This document shows positions 1 through 8,960 of a stretch of 64,000 nucleotides of DNA, one piece after another. Source of the DNA: Candidatus Latescibacterota bacterium (GTDB lineage: Bacteria; Latescibacterota; UBA2968; UBA8231); the NCBI GenBank assembly GCA_965203175.1, contig OZ241867.1, positions 4,928,001-4,992,000 of the forward strand, written 5' to 3'. Each line of letters begins with the position of its first letter. The stretch's first letter is position 1. A program made the position numbers and the translations under genes. Below the pieces are notes generated by a model, which saw nothing but the letters and a program-made list of their open reading frames with translations, was not told the origin of the DNA and made no database searches.

Positions 1-592
1 AGATTTCGTGGCGTTGATCGCATTGGCTGCACAGGTAATAGCTCATGTTTTCGACGACTCCGAGGATATCCACCTCGACCTTGGAAAACATGGCGATACC
101 CCGTTCCACATCCTCTAGCGCCACGCTCTGCGGAGTGGTCACGATCAAGGCACCGGACAGCGCCACGGCTTGGCTCAAGGTAAGCGGCACATCTCCGGTG
201 CCGGGCGGCAGATCGATCAACAAATAGTCGAGCGGGCCCCACTCTACTTGGTTCAAAAACTGCTGCAACGCCCGGGCCAACAGCGGCCCACGCCAGACCA
301 CGGGCGCGTCCTCGCCGGCAATAAAACCAATCGACATCAGGGCAACCCCGGCCTTGTAGACCGGACGCATAGTACCTTGCATCCCGGTTGCAGGCTGCTG
401 CCTGATACCCATCATCAAGGGAATACTCGGGCCGTAGATGTCGGCGTCGAGCAGGCCAACGCGAGCCCCTTGGGCCGCCAGACTCACGGCCAAGTTGATA
501 CTTACAGTCGATTTGCCCACGCCGCCCTTGGCGCTGGCAATGGCGACGGTATGGCGCACTTGGGCTAAGGGGCCGGTTCGGGGAACGGACAA
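1..592 (-). CDS. mrp: Mrp/NBP35 (ApbC) Fe-S carrier ATPase, 3'-truncated by window edge
   Basis: Not in ORF track; manual minus-strand translation from TTG at 592 gives VRHTVAIASAKGGVGKSTVSINLA...GALIVTTPQSVALEDVERGIAMF...GVVENMSYYLC, which are diagnostic Mrp motifs. Confidence 0.9.
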   Translation of the reverse strand, partial: MSVPRTGPLAQVRHTVAIASAKGGVGKSTVSINLAVSLAAQGARVGLLDADIYGPSIPLMMGIRQQPATGMQGTMRPVYKAGVALMSIGFIAGEDAPVVWRGPLLARALQQFLNQVEWGPLDYLLIDLPPGTGDVPLTLSQAVALSGALIVTTPQSVALEDVERGIAMFSKVEVDILGVVENMSYYLCSQCDQRHEI

Positions 593-604
593 TTGTACCT
601 GCTC

Positions 605-1744
605 TTAGGAGCGGAAGGCGTTGCGCACTTTGGCGAAGAAGCTTTCGCCCTCTTCGGCGACGCGCTCTTTTTCGAGCTCAGCTAGCTCGGTGAATAGTTC
701 GCGCTCTCGGCGGCTCAGGCCCTCGGGAGTCCACAAGACGATCTCGATTAGCTGGTCGCCGACACCGCGGCCATTGACGTCCGGGATGCCCCGCCCCCCC
801 ATGCGGAAGACGCGCCCGGATTGGGTGCCGGGGGGAATCTTCAACATAGCCTTGCCAGATAAGGTCGGAACTTCTACCTCCGTGCCTAGTGCAGCTTGGC
901 CAAAACCCAAGGGCAACTGGTAGATCACGTGATTGCCATCGCGGATAAAATAGTCGTGCTCTTTTTCCTCTATAAAGACCAAGCAATCTCCGGCTGGCCC
1001 ACCGCGCGGTCCGACTTCGCCTTGGCCGCGCAATGGAATGTAGTTGCCCTCTTGGACGCCAGCGGGAATCCGCACCGTCAGGGTCGTCCGGCCGCGCTCG
1101 CGGCCCTCGCCTCGGCATTCTGGACAGGGATTGGACACAATGTGGCCCTCCCCTTCGCAGGTCGGACACGTCACTATGGTCATCGACGGCCCGAAGAGGG
1201 TGCGTGCCATCTGTTGCACTTGACCCCGCCCGCCGCAAGTGCTGCAGGCCTTGCGGTCCGCTCCACGGGCCGCGCCGGTCCCCTCGCAGCTTTTGCAGCG
1301 CTGCAAGCGCGTCAGCGCGATGTTCTTTTCCACGCCCATGGCGATCTCCTCTAGGGTCAAAGCCACCTTGATCTTCAAATCGCGGCCTTTTGGCTTCACC
1401 GACCCTCGCGATCGCCGCCCCCCACCGAAGAAACTCTCAAAAATATCGCCGAAAATGTCTTGAAAATCGCCAGCGTGCGTAAAATCCGACCACTGAAAGC
1501 CACCGCTGCCGAAATTGCCCTCAATACCGGCGTGACCATAGCGATCGTACGTGGCCTTCTTCTCTGGATCCGAAAGCACCTCGTATGCTTCGGATGCCTC
1601 CTTGAATTGCTCCTCGGCTGCTGCGTCTCCAGGATTGCGATCGGGATGGTACTTCAGCGCCTTCTTGCGGTAGGCCCCTTTGATCGCGCTTTCGCTGGCG
1701 TCCCGCTCGACACCCAATACCTCATAGTAGTCCCTTTTGGACAT
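605..1744 (-). CDS. dnaJ: Chaperone DnaJ
   Basis: J-domain with HPD, G/F-rich region, four CxxCxGxG repeats. Confidence 0.98.
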   Translation of the reverse strand: MSKRDYYEVLGVERDASESAIKGAYRKKALKYHPDRNPGDAAAEEQFKEASEAYEVLSDPEKKATYDRYGHAGIEGNFGSGGFQWSDFTHAGDFQDIFGDIFESFFGGGRRSRGSVKPKGRDLKIKVALTLEEIAMGVEKNIALTRLQRCKSCEGTGAARGADRKACSTCGGRGQVQQMARTLFGPSMTIVTCPTCEGEGHIVSNPCPECRGEGRERGRTTLTVRIPAGVQEGNYIPLRGQGEVGPRGGPAGDCLVFIEEKEHDYFIRDGNHVIYQLPLGFGQAALGTEVEVPTLSGKAMLKIPPGTQSGRVFRMGGRGIPDVNGRGVGDQLIEIVLWTPEGLSRRERELFTELAELEKERVAEEGESFFAKVRNAFRS

Positions 1745-1753
1745 TTTGGTTCC

Positions 1754-2419
1754 TCAGCTCTCCTCACTCGCCTCGGTCGCCTTGCTGACGACGACGCGCG
1801 CGTAACGGACTACCTTGTCGTTGAGTTTGTAGCCCTTCTCCATCTCCTCGATGACCGTGCCGGGGACGTGTTCGTCGTCCGGGACTTCGGCTAGGGCCTC
1901 GTGGACTTCGGGGTCAAAAGGCTGTCCCACCGCCTCGATCTCAGCTAGCCCATAGCCTTTGAGAACGTCGTTAAATTGGCCGCATATCAACTCGACGCCC
2001 TGTTTGAGCAACTCGGCCTCTTGGGTTTCCTGACGGAGGGCGCGGCGCAAATTGTCCAAGATGGGTGCGACTTGCAACAAGACATCGCGCAAGGTCTCAT
2101 CTCGCGTTTCTGCGCGCATCCGCACCGTGCGCTTGCGATAGTTATCCAACTCGGCGACCGCCCGCACATAGCGATCGTAATTAACCGCCGCCTCAGCGCG
2201 AGCCGCTTCGAGCTCGGCTAGCCCATCGGCCTCTGGCTCCGCTTCTTCTTGCGACTCCGCTACTTCTTCTTCCTGCGGTTCCGCTACTACTTCTTCTTTC
2301 TGCGACTCTGCCGCTTGTTCTTCCTGTGACTCCGCTACTTCCGCCTGCGACTCGACAGCACCCTCCGTGCTCGCCTCGTCGTCCATTGCGACGCGGTCCT
2401 GGGTTTCGCGCTCGCTCAT
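1754..2419 (-). CDS. grpE: Nucleotide exchange factor GrpE
   Basis: AELDNYRKR, GQPFDPEVHEA, GYKLNDKVVRYARVVV; lies between hrcA and dnaJ. Confidence 0.97.
   Translation of the reverse strand: MSERETQDRVAMDDEASTEGAVESQAEVAESQEEQAAESQKEEVVAEPQEEEVAESQEEAEPEADGLAELEAARAEAAVNYDRYVRAVAELDNYRKRTVRMRAETRDETLRDVLLQVAPILDNLRRALRQETQEAELLKQGVELICGQFNDVLKGYGLAEIEAVGQPFDPEVHEALAEVPDDEHVPGTVIEEMEKGYKLNDKVVRYARVVVSKATEASEES
2241..2353 (-). repeat. Tandem ~24-27 bp coding repeat in the GrpE N-terminus (V/A)AESQEE
   Basis: VESQAE-VAESQEEQ-AAESQKEEV-VAEPQEEE-VAESQEE; repeats also visible at DNA level. Confidence 0.75.
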
Positions 2420-2465
2420 CGACGCTCCTTACTCTTACTGTGAATTAGATTGGTACAAAGACTCG

Positions 2466-3500
2466 TTAGCAGATCAGATTTGCCGCTCGGGAGGCCGCAC
2501 AATTGACCAAGTTCACTAAGGGCCTATAGGGCATGCGCGTCGGGCCGATCACGCCGAGTACGCCGACCACGCCTTTGGCCCCTGCGACCTCGTAGCTGGC
2601 CGTCACCATGCTGCACCGCCCCATCGCCTGCGGCCGGTGTTCGGAACCAATGGTGATGACCACGCCGCGACGCTCGCTCATAAGCTGGGCGAGGGTGTCC
2701 TTTTTCTCCACCAGATCGATTAAACCGGCCACTTCGCTCGGATCGTCAAACTCGGGCTTCAGGCAGAGATTGCGGGTCCCCGAGACGTGGAGATCGGCAC
2801 CGCGCGTGGTAGCTAAACCCTCGATCTGCCGCACGACGGCTTCCACAACCGGCCGCGGGACTGTCCCCAACTCGACCATTCGCACCTCGACCGCATGTTG
2901 GATCTCAGCCATCGTCAACCCGTGCAAGCGCTCGTTAAAAAGCCGACTCAACGCCTCTAAATCGCGCTGCAACACTGCACAATTTACTTCGACCACCAAG
3001 CTCTTTGTCAGGCCTCCGCGGATCGTGACGATGAGCAACAGGCGACGCCCCCCCAAGCGCCAAAGCTCCAGTTTGTGAAAGATGCCCTGATTAAAGCGCG
3101 GAGCCAAAACCAATCCGAGTTGGTTCGACAGATCGCCAATGGTCTTAGCCAGTTGATGCAGGATCTCTTCGTAATCACCTTCCTGCTGTGCGGCCTCTAG
3201 CTGCTGCCGCAGGGTGATCTCAGCCTCGTCCAAGCCTGCGTCTGTCGTCGCCATGCAGCGCTGCACGTAGAATCTGTATCCCTTTTCAGAGGGAATGCGA
3301 CCTGCCGAGACATGGGGCTGGGAGATGTAGCCCTTTTCCTCTAAAGAGGCCAAGGTGTTGCGTATGGTAGCCGGACTAACGCCCAGATTCTCGCGCTGGT
3401 TCAACGTCTGTGAGCCAACCGGAACACCGAGGGCAACGTGGACTTTGACCAAGGCGAGAAGAACTTGGATTTCGCGTTTGGATAGCGGGCTAGTGGGCAT
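2466..3500 (-). CDS. hrcA: Heat-inducible repressor HrcA
   Basis: PVGS..L, VSPATIRN, QPHVSAGRIPS, GVIGPTRMPY. Confidence 0.96.
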   Translation of the reverse strand: MPTSPLSKREIQVLLALVKVHVALGVPVGSQTLNQRENLGVSPATIRNTLASLEEKGYISQPHVSAGRIPSEKGYRFYVQRCMATTDAGLDEAEITLRQQLEAAQQEGDYEEILHQLAKTIGDLSNQLGLVLAPRFNQGIFHKLELWRLGGRRLLLIVTIRGGLTKSLVVEVNCAVLQRDLEALSRLFNERLHGLTMAEIQHAVEVRMVELGTVPRPVVEAVVRQIEGLATTRGADLHVSGTRNLCLKPEFDDPSEVAGLIDLVEKKDTLAQLMSERRGVVITIGSEHRPQAMGRCSMVTASYEVAGAKGVVGVLGVIGPTRMPYRPLVNLVNCAASRAANLIC

Positions 3501-3554
3501 GGCCGGAAAGCATCTCCAGCGGCATAAACGCCAGATAAATAGAGGTTCTGAGAT

Positions 3555-3582
3555 ATAATAAAAGCCGCCGATTGCTTGTCAA
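3555..3582 (-). promoter_or_regulatory. Putative sigma70 promoter of the hrcA operon
   Basis: Minus strand TTGACA-N16-TATTAT. Confidence 0.5.
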
Positions 3583-3601
3583 GGCTCGCTTACCAGCTTG
3601 C

Positions 3602-3630
3602 TTGACAGCCGATTTGCAGGATCGTACTAT
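3602..3630 (+). promoter_or_regulatory. Putative sigma70 promoter of glnA
   Basis: TTGACA-N17-TACTAT. Confidence 0.65.
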
Positions 3631-3690
3631 TGCATCTTTGTTTTTTTCTAACCACCCTAAAGCATTATTCGACGCGAGAAAGGATCTCTC

Positions 3691-5172
3691 ATGGCCAAAG
3701 CCAAAGCCAAAGCTAAAGCCAAAACGAAAGCCAAAGCCAAAACGAAGTCATCCGGGTCCAGCGCGGTCTCGTCGGCGCTGGCCTTAGCACGCCAGCACAA
3801 CGCGCAGATGGTCGATTTCAAGTTCGTCGATCTGCCCGGCATTTGGCAGCACTTCACCATGCCCATCGCCGATTTGGAACCCGACGTGTTCGAAGAAGGC
3901 CTCGGCTTCGACGGCTCCTCCATTCGCGGCTGGCAGGAAATCAACGAATCCGACATGCTCGTCGTACCCGATCCGACCACCGCGGTGATGGATCCGTTCA
4001 CCCAGGTGCCGACTCTGTCGCTGATCTGCTCGATTGAAGACCCCATCACCCGCCAGCCCTATGCCCGCGATCCCCGCGGCGTCGCCCAGCGCGCCCAAGC
4101 CTATCTGCAACGCACCCAGCTAGCCGACACGGCATTCTTTGGACCGGAAGCGGAGTTTTTCATCTTTGACAACATCCGCTTCGACCAGCAAGCCCATCTG
4201 GGATTCTACGAGATCGACTCGCAGGAAGGCCGCTGGAACTCCGGCTCCGCCGACGGCCCCAACTTAGGCTACAAGCCCGACTACAAGGGCGGCTACTTCC
4301 CCGTGCCGCCGACGGATTCGCTGCAAGACATTCGCACCGAGATGGTGCAGACGATGCTCGACTGCGGCATTGACACGGAGATCCACCACCACGAGGTGGG
4401 CACCGCCGGCCAAGGCGAGATCGACATTCGCTTTTGTCCGCTGCTTATCTGCGGCGATCGGATGATGCTGTACAAATACATCGTCAAGAATGTGGCGCAT
4501 CGGCACGGCAAGACGGCCACGTTCATGCCCAAGCCGCTGTTTGAGGACAACGGCACGGGCATGCACACCCACCAGAGTCTGTGGCAGGGCGATACGCCGT
4601 TGTTTGCCGGTAGTGGCTACGCCGGGCTGAGCCAGATGGCGTTGCACTACATCGGCGGACTGTTGCACCACGCGCCGGCGCTGTTGGCGTTTACCAATCC
4701 GACGACCAACTCCTACAAGCGGCTGGTGCCCGGCTACGAGGCGCCGGTGAACTTGGCCTATTCGCAGCGCAACCGCAGTGCGTCGGTGCGCATTCCGATG
4801 TATTCACCTTCACCCAAGAGCAAGCGGGTGGAGTTCCGTTGTCCGGATCCGTCGTGCAACATCTACTTGGCGCTGTCGGCGATGCTGATGGCGGGGTTGG
4901 ACGGGATCGAGCGTCAGTTGGATCCGGGTGAACCTTTGGACAAGAATCTGTATGATCTGTCGGCGGAGGAGCGGGCGGGTGTTCCGCAGACGGCCGGTTC
5001 GTTGGAGGCGTCGTTGGACAACTTGGAGCAGGACCGGGACTTTCTGTTGCAGGGGGATGTGTTTTCTGACGATCTGATCGACGCGTGGATTGACTACAAG
5101 CGCACCGAGGAAGTCGATGCCATCCGCTTGCGGCCTCATCCCTATGAGTTCGCACTCTACTACGACGTGTAG
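3691..5172 (+). CDS. glnA: Type I glutamine synthetase
   Basis: [46 protein letters not shown], adenylylation-type NLYDL, C-terminal [12 protein letters not shown]. Confidence 0.98.
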   Translation: MAKAKAKAKAKTKAKAKTKSSGSSAVSSALALARQHNAQMVDFKFVDLPGIWQHFTMPIADLEPDVFEEGLGFDGSSIRGWQEINESDMLVVPDPTTAVMDPFTQVPTLSLICSIEDPITRQPYARDPRGVAQRAQAYLQRTQLADTAFFGPEAEFFIFDNIRFDQQAHLGFYEIDSQEGRWNSGSADGPNLGYKPDYKGGYFPVPPTDSLQDIRTEMVQTMLDCGIDTEIHHHEVGTAGQGEIDIRFCPLLICGDRMMLYKYIVKNVAHRHGKTATFMPKPLFEDNGTGMHTHQSLWQGDTPLFAGSGYAGLSQMALHYIGGLLHHAPALLAFTNPTTNSYKRLVPGYEAPVNLAYSQRNRSASVRIPMYSPSPKSKRVEFRCPDPSCNIYLALSAMLMAGLDGIERQLDPGEPLDKNLYDLSAEERAGVPQTAGSLEASLDNLEQDRDFLLQGDVFSDDLIDAWIDYKRTEEVDAIRLRPHPYEFALYYDV

Positions 5173-5197
5173 ACAACTATAACTACGGGGTACTCGG

Positions 5198-5236
5198 GGC
5201 AAGGGAAGATTTCCACTGGGGGAATCTTCCCTTGCC
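5198..5236 (+). terminator. Strong hairpin after glnA (possible terminator)
   Basis: GGCAAGGGAAGATT...AATCTTCCCTTGCC inverted repeat; no clear U-tract. Confidence 0.6.
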
Positions 5237-5262
5237 TATATATACCCTAACGGCCACCCCTC

Positions 5263-6168
5263 GTGAAACTCGTCATCGGCAGCCGCGGCAGCCAACTCGC
5301 CCTCGTCCAAGCCCACGAGGTCCGCAACCGCCTGCTAGCGCTGCACGACGGGCTGGACGTTGAGATCTCGACCATCCGCACCACCGGCGACGCGACGACG
5401 GGTTCACTGCGCAGCTTGGGAGGCACGGGCGTTTTTACCCAAGCCCTCGAACGCGCCCTGCTAGTCGATGACATTGACCTAGCGGTCCACAGCCTAAAAG
5501 ACCTACCTACCCAGATGCACCCCGACCTCGCCCTCGTTGCCACGCCCGAACGCGAAGATGTGCGCGACGCCCTCGTCGGCTCCGGCATATCCTCGCTGGC
5601 CGACTTGCCGGACGGCGCGCGGGTGGGAACGGGGAGCCTGCGCCGCTGCGCCCAACTCAAAGCCCTGCGGGCCGACCTGAACATTGTAGATATCCGTGGC
5701 AACCTAGACACCCGCATCGACAAGACCACGCGCGGTGAGTGCGATGCCGTCGTCTTGGCCGTTGCCGGACTCAACCGCCTCGGCTGGCAGGAGCACATCG
5801 GCTACTACCTGTCTCTAGATCAGGTTCTGCCCGCACCCGGCCAAGGCGCTTTAGGGCTGCAAATGCGTGCTGATCACCCTGCGCGTGCCTCCGTCGCAGC
5901 CCTCAACCACGCCCCAACCCTAATCTCGGTGCAAGCCGAGCGTCACCTGCTATACACCCTGAGTGCTGGGTGTCACGCGCCGGTCGGCGCTTGGGGCCGC
6001 ATCGAGAGAGACCTCCTCGTACTCGACGGCTTGGTCGGCCATCCCGAAGGCACCCAGTTGCTGCGCGCCAAACTGCGTGCTCCCCGCGCTCGTGGGGAAT
6101 CCCTAGCCGAATCCCTTGCAGACGACCTACGCGCCCAAGGTGCCGACGATCTCTTGCAGGTCTCCTGA
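5263..6168 (+). CDS. hemC: Hydroxymethylbilane synthase
   Basis: GSRGSQLAL, AVHSLKDLP, GTGSLRR, IRGNLDTR, PAPGQGAL, GCHAPVG. Confidence 0.97.
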   Translation: MKLVIGSRGSQLALVQAHEVRNRLLALHDGLDVEISTIRTTGDATTGSLRSLGGTGVFTQALERALLVDDIDLAVHSLKDLPTQMHPDLALVATPEREDVRDALVGSGISSLADLPDGARVGTGSLRRCAQLKALRADLNIVDIRGNLDTRIDKTTRGECDAVVLAVAGLNRLGWQEHIGYYLSLDQVLPAPGQGALGLQMRADHPARASVAALNHAPTLISVQAERHLLYTLSAGCHAPVGAWGRIERDLLVLDGLVGHPEGTQLLRAKLRAPRARGESLAESLADDLRAQGADDLLQVS

Positions 6169-7697
6169 TGTCCGCTGAATACACCACTCTAGGCACCGTG
6201 TACATCGTCGGAGCCGGCCCCGGCGATCCCGGCCTGCTGACCCTCAAGGGTCTGCGCTATCTCCGCGAGGCCGACGTCGTCCTCTATGACGACCTCCTCG
6301 ACAGCCGTTTGCTCGACCTAGTGCCCAGCACGTGTGAGCAAATCGCGGTCGGCAAACGCGGTGGCCGCAAAAATCCCTCTCAAGACGCGATCCATGCGCT
6401 CCTCGTCGATCGCGCTCGTCAAGGCCATGTAGTCGTCCGCCTCAAAGGCGGTGATCCTTTCATCTTCGGTCGCGGTGGCGAAGAGGCCCTGCACCTGCAC
6501 CAAGCCGGCATCCCCTTTGAAATCGTCTCTGGCGTCTCTGCGGCCTCTGGCGTCTTGGCCTACGCAGGCATTCCCCTGACCCATCGCGGCACCGCCTCGG
6601 CCGCGCTGCTAGTCACCGGCAACGAGGATCCAGCTAAACCCGACGCGACTATCGACTGGGATCAGCTAGCAGCCTTTGACGGCACCCTCGTCATCTTCAT
6701 GGCCGTCCGCAAGCTCGCCAGCATATGCCAGCATCTCGTCGCTCGGGGCCGGCCAGCTTCGACTCCGGCCGCAGCCATCGAATGGGGCACTTGGCCCGAC
6801 CAGCGCACGGTCGTCGCCGATCTCCAACACCTGCCGGACCGCGCCACTGTCGAGCAAATCCGCCCGCCAGCCCTCATTGTGGTCGGCCCAGTCGTCGCGC
6901 TGCGCCAAGAACTCAACTGGTTTGAGAGCAAACCGCTCTTTGGCCGCCGCCTGCTCGTCACCCGCAGCCGCGAACAGGCCGGCCCTCTCCAGCAGCGCCT
7001 CGAAACCGAAGGAGCGGCCGTATCGACGCTACCCCTTTTGCACATCGGTCCACCCGACGATTGGACGGCTGTAGATGCGGCCCAAGACCGGCTCGGAAAC
7101 GTTGCTTGGGTCGTCTTCACCAGCCCGAACAGCGTGACCTTTTTCTGCGATCGGCTCTACCAGCGCGGCCTCGACGCCCGGGCCTTTGCCCACACGCGCA
7201 TAGCGGCCGTCGGCTTGGCTACAGCCGCGGCGCTGCACCAACAGGGTTTAGTCCCCGACCTCGTGCCTCCGAGCCAATCGCAGGCCTCGCTAGCGAGTGC
7301 CTTTGCTGCATTCGATGTGACTGGCCAAGAAATCCTCTTGCCAGCCTCTTCCATTGGACGCACCGAACTCGCCGATACGCTCGCCGCACGCGGTGCCCAA
7401 GTTCACCATCTAACGACGTATGTGAATCGCCTACCGGACCAGATTGAGCTCCCCGCCGCATTAGCCGAGAACAAACTCGACCTCATCGTCTTCGCCAGCC
7501 CCTCCAGCGTCCACAATTTTCATCAGGTACTAGGGCCCAAACGCGCGGAGGCCGTATTCGCCCGCACCCACATCTCCTGCATTGGCCCCACCACAGCCGA
7601 GGCCGTGCGCCAACTCGGGTTTGCCGTTCACGTACAGCCCAGCGAAAGCAGTATTCCCGCCCTCGTCCAAGCCATCATCTCCTTCTACGCCCCGTGA
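6168..7697 (+). CDS. cobA: Fused uroporphyrinogen-III C-methyltransferase / uroporphyrinogen-III synthase (CobA-HemD)
   Basis: VGAGPGDPGLLT, RLKGGDPFIFGRGGEE, then HemD-like LVTRSREQA...FTSPNSV...FASPSSV; ATG at 6168 overlaps the hemC stop (TGATG). Confidence 0.95.
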   Translation: MSAEYTTLGTVYIVGAGPGDPGLLTLKGLRYLREADVVLYDDLLDSRLLDLVPSTCEQIAVGKRGGRKNPSQDAIHALLVDRARQGHVVVRLKGGDPFIFGRGGEEALHLHQAGIPFEIVSGVSAASGVLAYAGIPLTHRGTASAALLVTGNEDPAKPDATIDWDQLAAFDGTLVIFMAVRKLASICQHLVARGRPASTPAAAIEWGTWPDQRTVVADLQHLPDRATVEQIRPPALIVVGPVVALRQELNWFESKPLFGRRLLVTRSREQAGPLQQRLETEGAAVSTLPLLHIGPPDDWTAVDAAQDRLGNVAWVVFTSPNSVTFFCDRLYQRGLDARAFAHTRIAAVGLATAAALHQQGLVPDLVPPSQSQASLASAFAAFDVTGQEILLPASSIGRTELADTLAARGAQVHHLTTYVNRLPDQIELPAALAENKLDLIVFASPSSVHNFHQVLGPKRAEAVFARTHISCIGPTTAEAVRQLGFAVHVQPSESSIPALVQAIISFYAP

Positions 7698-8707
7698 AGA
7701 CCTACCCCGCTGGCAAGCTGCCTCCCACTGAACTAAGCCGTTTGCTCGCGGCCTATACCCACAGCCACGAACGCCTACTCGTGCCGCCGACCGTGGGCGA
7801 GGACGCAGCGGTCATCGACTGCGGCGACCGCTTGCTAGTGGCCAAGACCGACCCGATCACTTTCGCCAGCGACGAGATTGGTTGGTACGCAGTTCACGTC
7901 AATGCCAACGACATTGCCGCCATGGGAGCGACGCCCCGCTTCTTCCTCAGCACCATCCTCCTCCCCGAAGAACGCGCCACGCCCGAGTTGGCGGAATCCA
8001 TTTTTCGCTCCATCCACCAAGCAGCCGAGGATTTGGACATCGCCGTCTGCGGCGGCCACACAGAGGTGACCTACGGACTCGACCGCCCCTTAGTCATAGG
8101 CCAAATGCTCGGGGAAACCACGCGCGATCACTTGGTGCGCTCCTCGGGCTTGCAGCCCGGCCACGCCCTGCTTCTGACCAAGGGCTTGGGCATTGAAGCC
8201 ACCGCCATCATCGCCCGCGAAAAACGCGCGCAACTGCGCGAGCTCGGCTGTACGCCCGCCTTTTTGGACACCTGCGCCAACTTCCTCCACACGCCCGGCA
8301 TCAGCGTCGTGCGCGATGCCCAAGTCGCCGTCCAGGCCGGACGAGTCACCGCCATGCACGACCCGACCGAAGGCGGGGTCGCCACGGGGCTGTGGGAATT
8401 GGTCACCGCATCCGCTGTGGGTGCAGAAATCGACTACCATGCGCTGCCCATCGATCCAGCCACAACGCGCCTCTGCACAGCCTTTGAACTCGATCCCCTC
8501 GGCGTGATTTCCTCGGGTGCGTTGCTAATCGGTTGCACAGCCGATTCCGCCGACACCATACTCGCGGCCCTGCACGACGCCAACATAGCCGCAGCCTGCA
8601 TCGGCACGGTGCGCCCTCCTTCTTTCGGGCTTCAGCTACGCCGCGACGGTCACCTGATGCCATTGCCCACTTTCCCGGTGGACGAGATCGCACGCCTCTT
8701 TACCTAA
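7694..8707 (+). CDS. AIR synthase/HypE-like (PurM superfamily) protein
   Basis: GKLP, GEDAAV, KTDPIT, NANDIAAMGA, GGHTEV, MHDPTEGG. Confidence 0.85.
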   Translation: MKTYPAGKLPPTELSRLLAAYTHSHERLLVPPTVGEDAAVIDCGDRLLVAKTDPITFASDEIGWYAVHVNANDIAAMGATPRFFLSTILLPEERATPELAESIFRSIHQAAEDLDIAVCGGHTEVTYGLDRPLVIGQMLGETTRDHLVRSSGLQPGHALLLTKGLGIEATAIIAREKRAQLRELGCTPAFLDTCANFLHTPGISVVRDAQVAVQAGRVTAMHDPTEGGVATGLWELVTASAVGAEIDYHALPIDPATTRLCTAFELDPLGVISSGALLIGCTADSADTILAALHDANIAAACIGTVRPPSFGLQLRRDGHLMPLPTFPVDEIARLFT

Positions 8708-8718
8708 AGCCGCGGTCT

Positions 8719-8747
8719 CGCCGGTTATCTTGACATCCGGCGACGAG
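8719..8747 (+). repeat. Truncated copy 1 of the iron-ADH promoter repeat (left island boundary)
   Basis: CGCCGGTTATCTTGACATCCGGCGACGAG resembles 30120- and 31445- copies. Confidence 0.6.
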
Positions 8748-8830
8748 GGCGGGAACGCGGTGGTAGGTTTGCGGTGATGGGTCGGGAGACGTTTTTTTTC
8801 GGATGAATAGACTCTTCTAGGTCACGGAGC

Positions 8831-8920
8831 ATGATGATGAAATTTATTCTTTTGCTTTTGACCTTATACTTAGGCACATCACCTGTGTTAGGAAAAAGAC
8901 TCCAAGTTGAAGGGCCATGA
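8831..8920 (+). pseudogene. Orphan signal-peptide-like micro-ORF (5' gene remnant)
   Basis: GGAG RBS; MMMKFILLLLTLYLGTSPVLGKRLQVEGP*. Confidence 0.4.
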
Positions 8921-8960
8921 GCAAGATGCCGTTAATGTATGCGTCGAAGGAGGAGCCGAC

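Noticed and set aside
170-568. Plus-strand ORFs at 45-227 and 170-568
   Set aside because: Antisense shadows of the minus-strand mrp gene.
5970-6167. Long N-terminal extensions in the ORF track (cobA; also TlpA 44012, F1 41803, sulfatase 62647, LarA-like 32535)
   Set aside because: They overlap upstream genes; downstream starts with RBS or translational coupling fit the family N-termini better.
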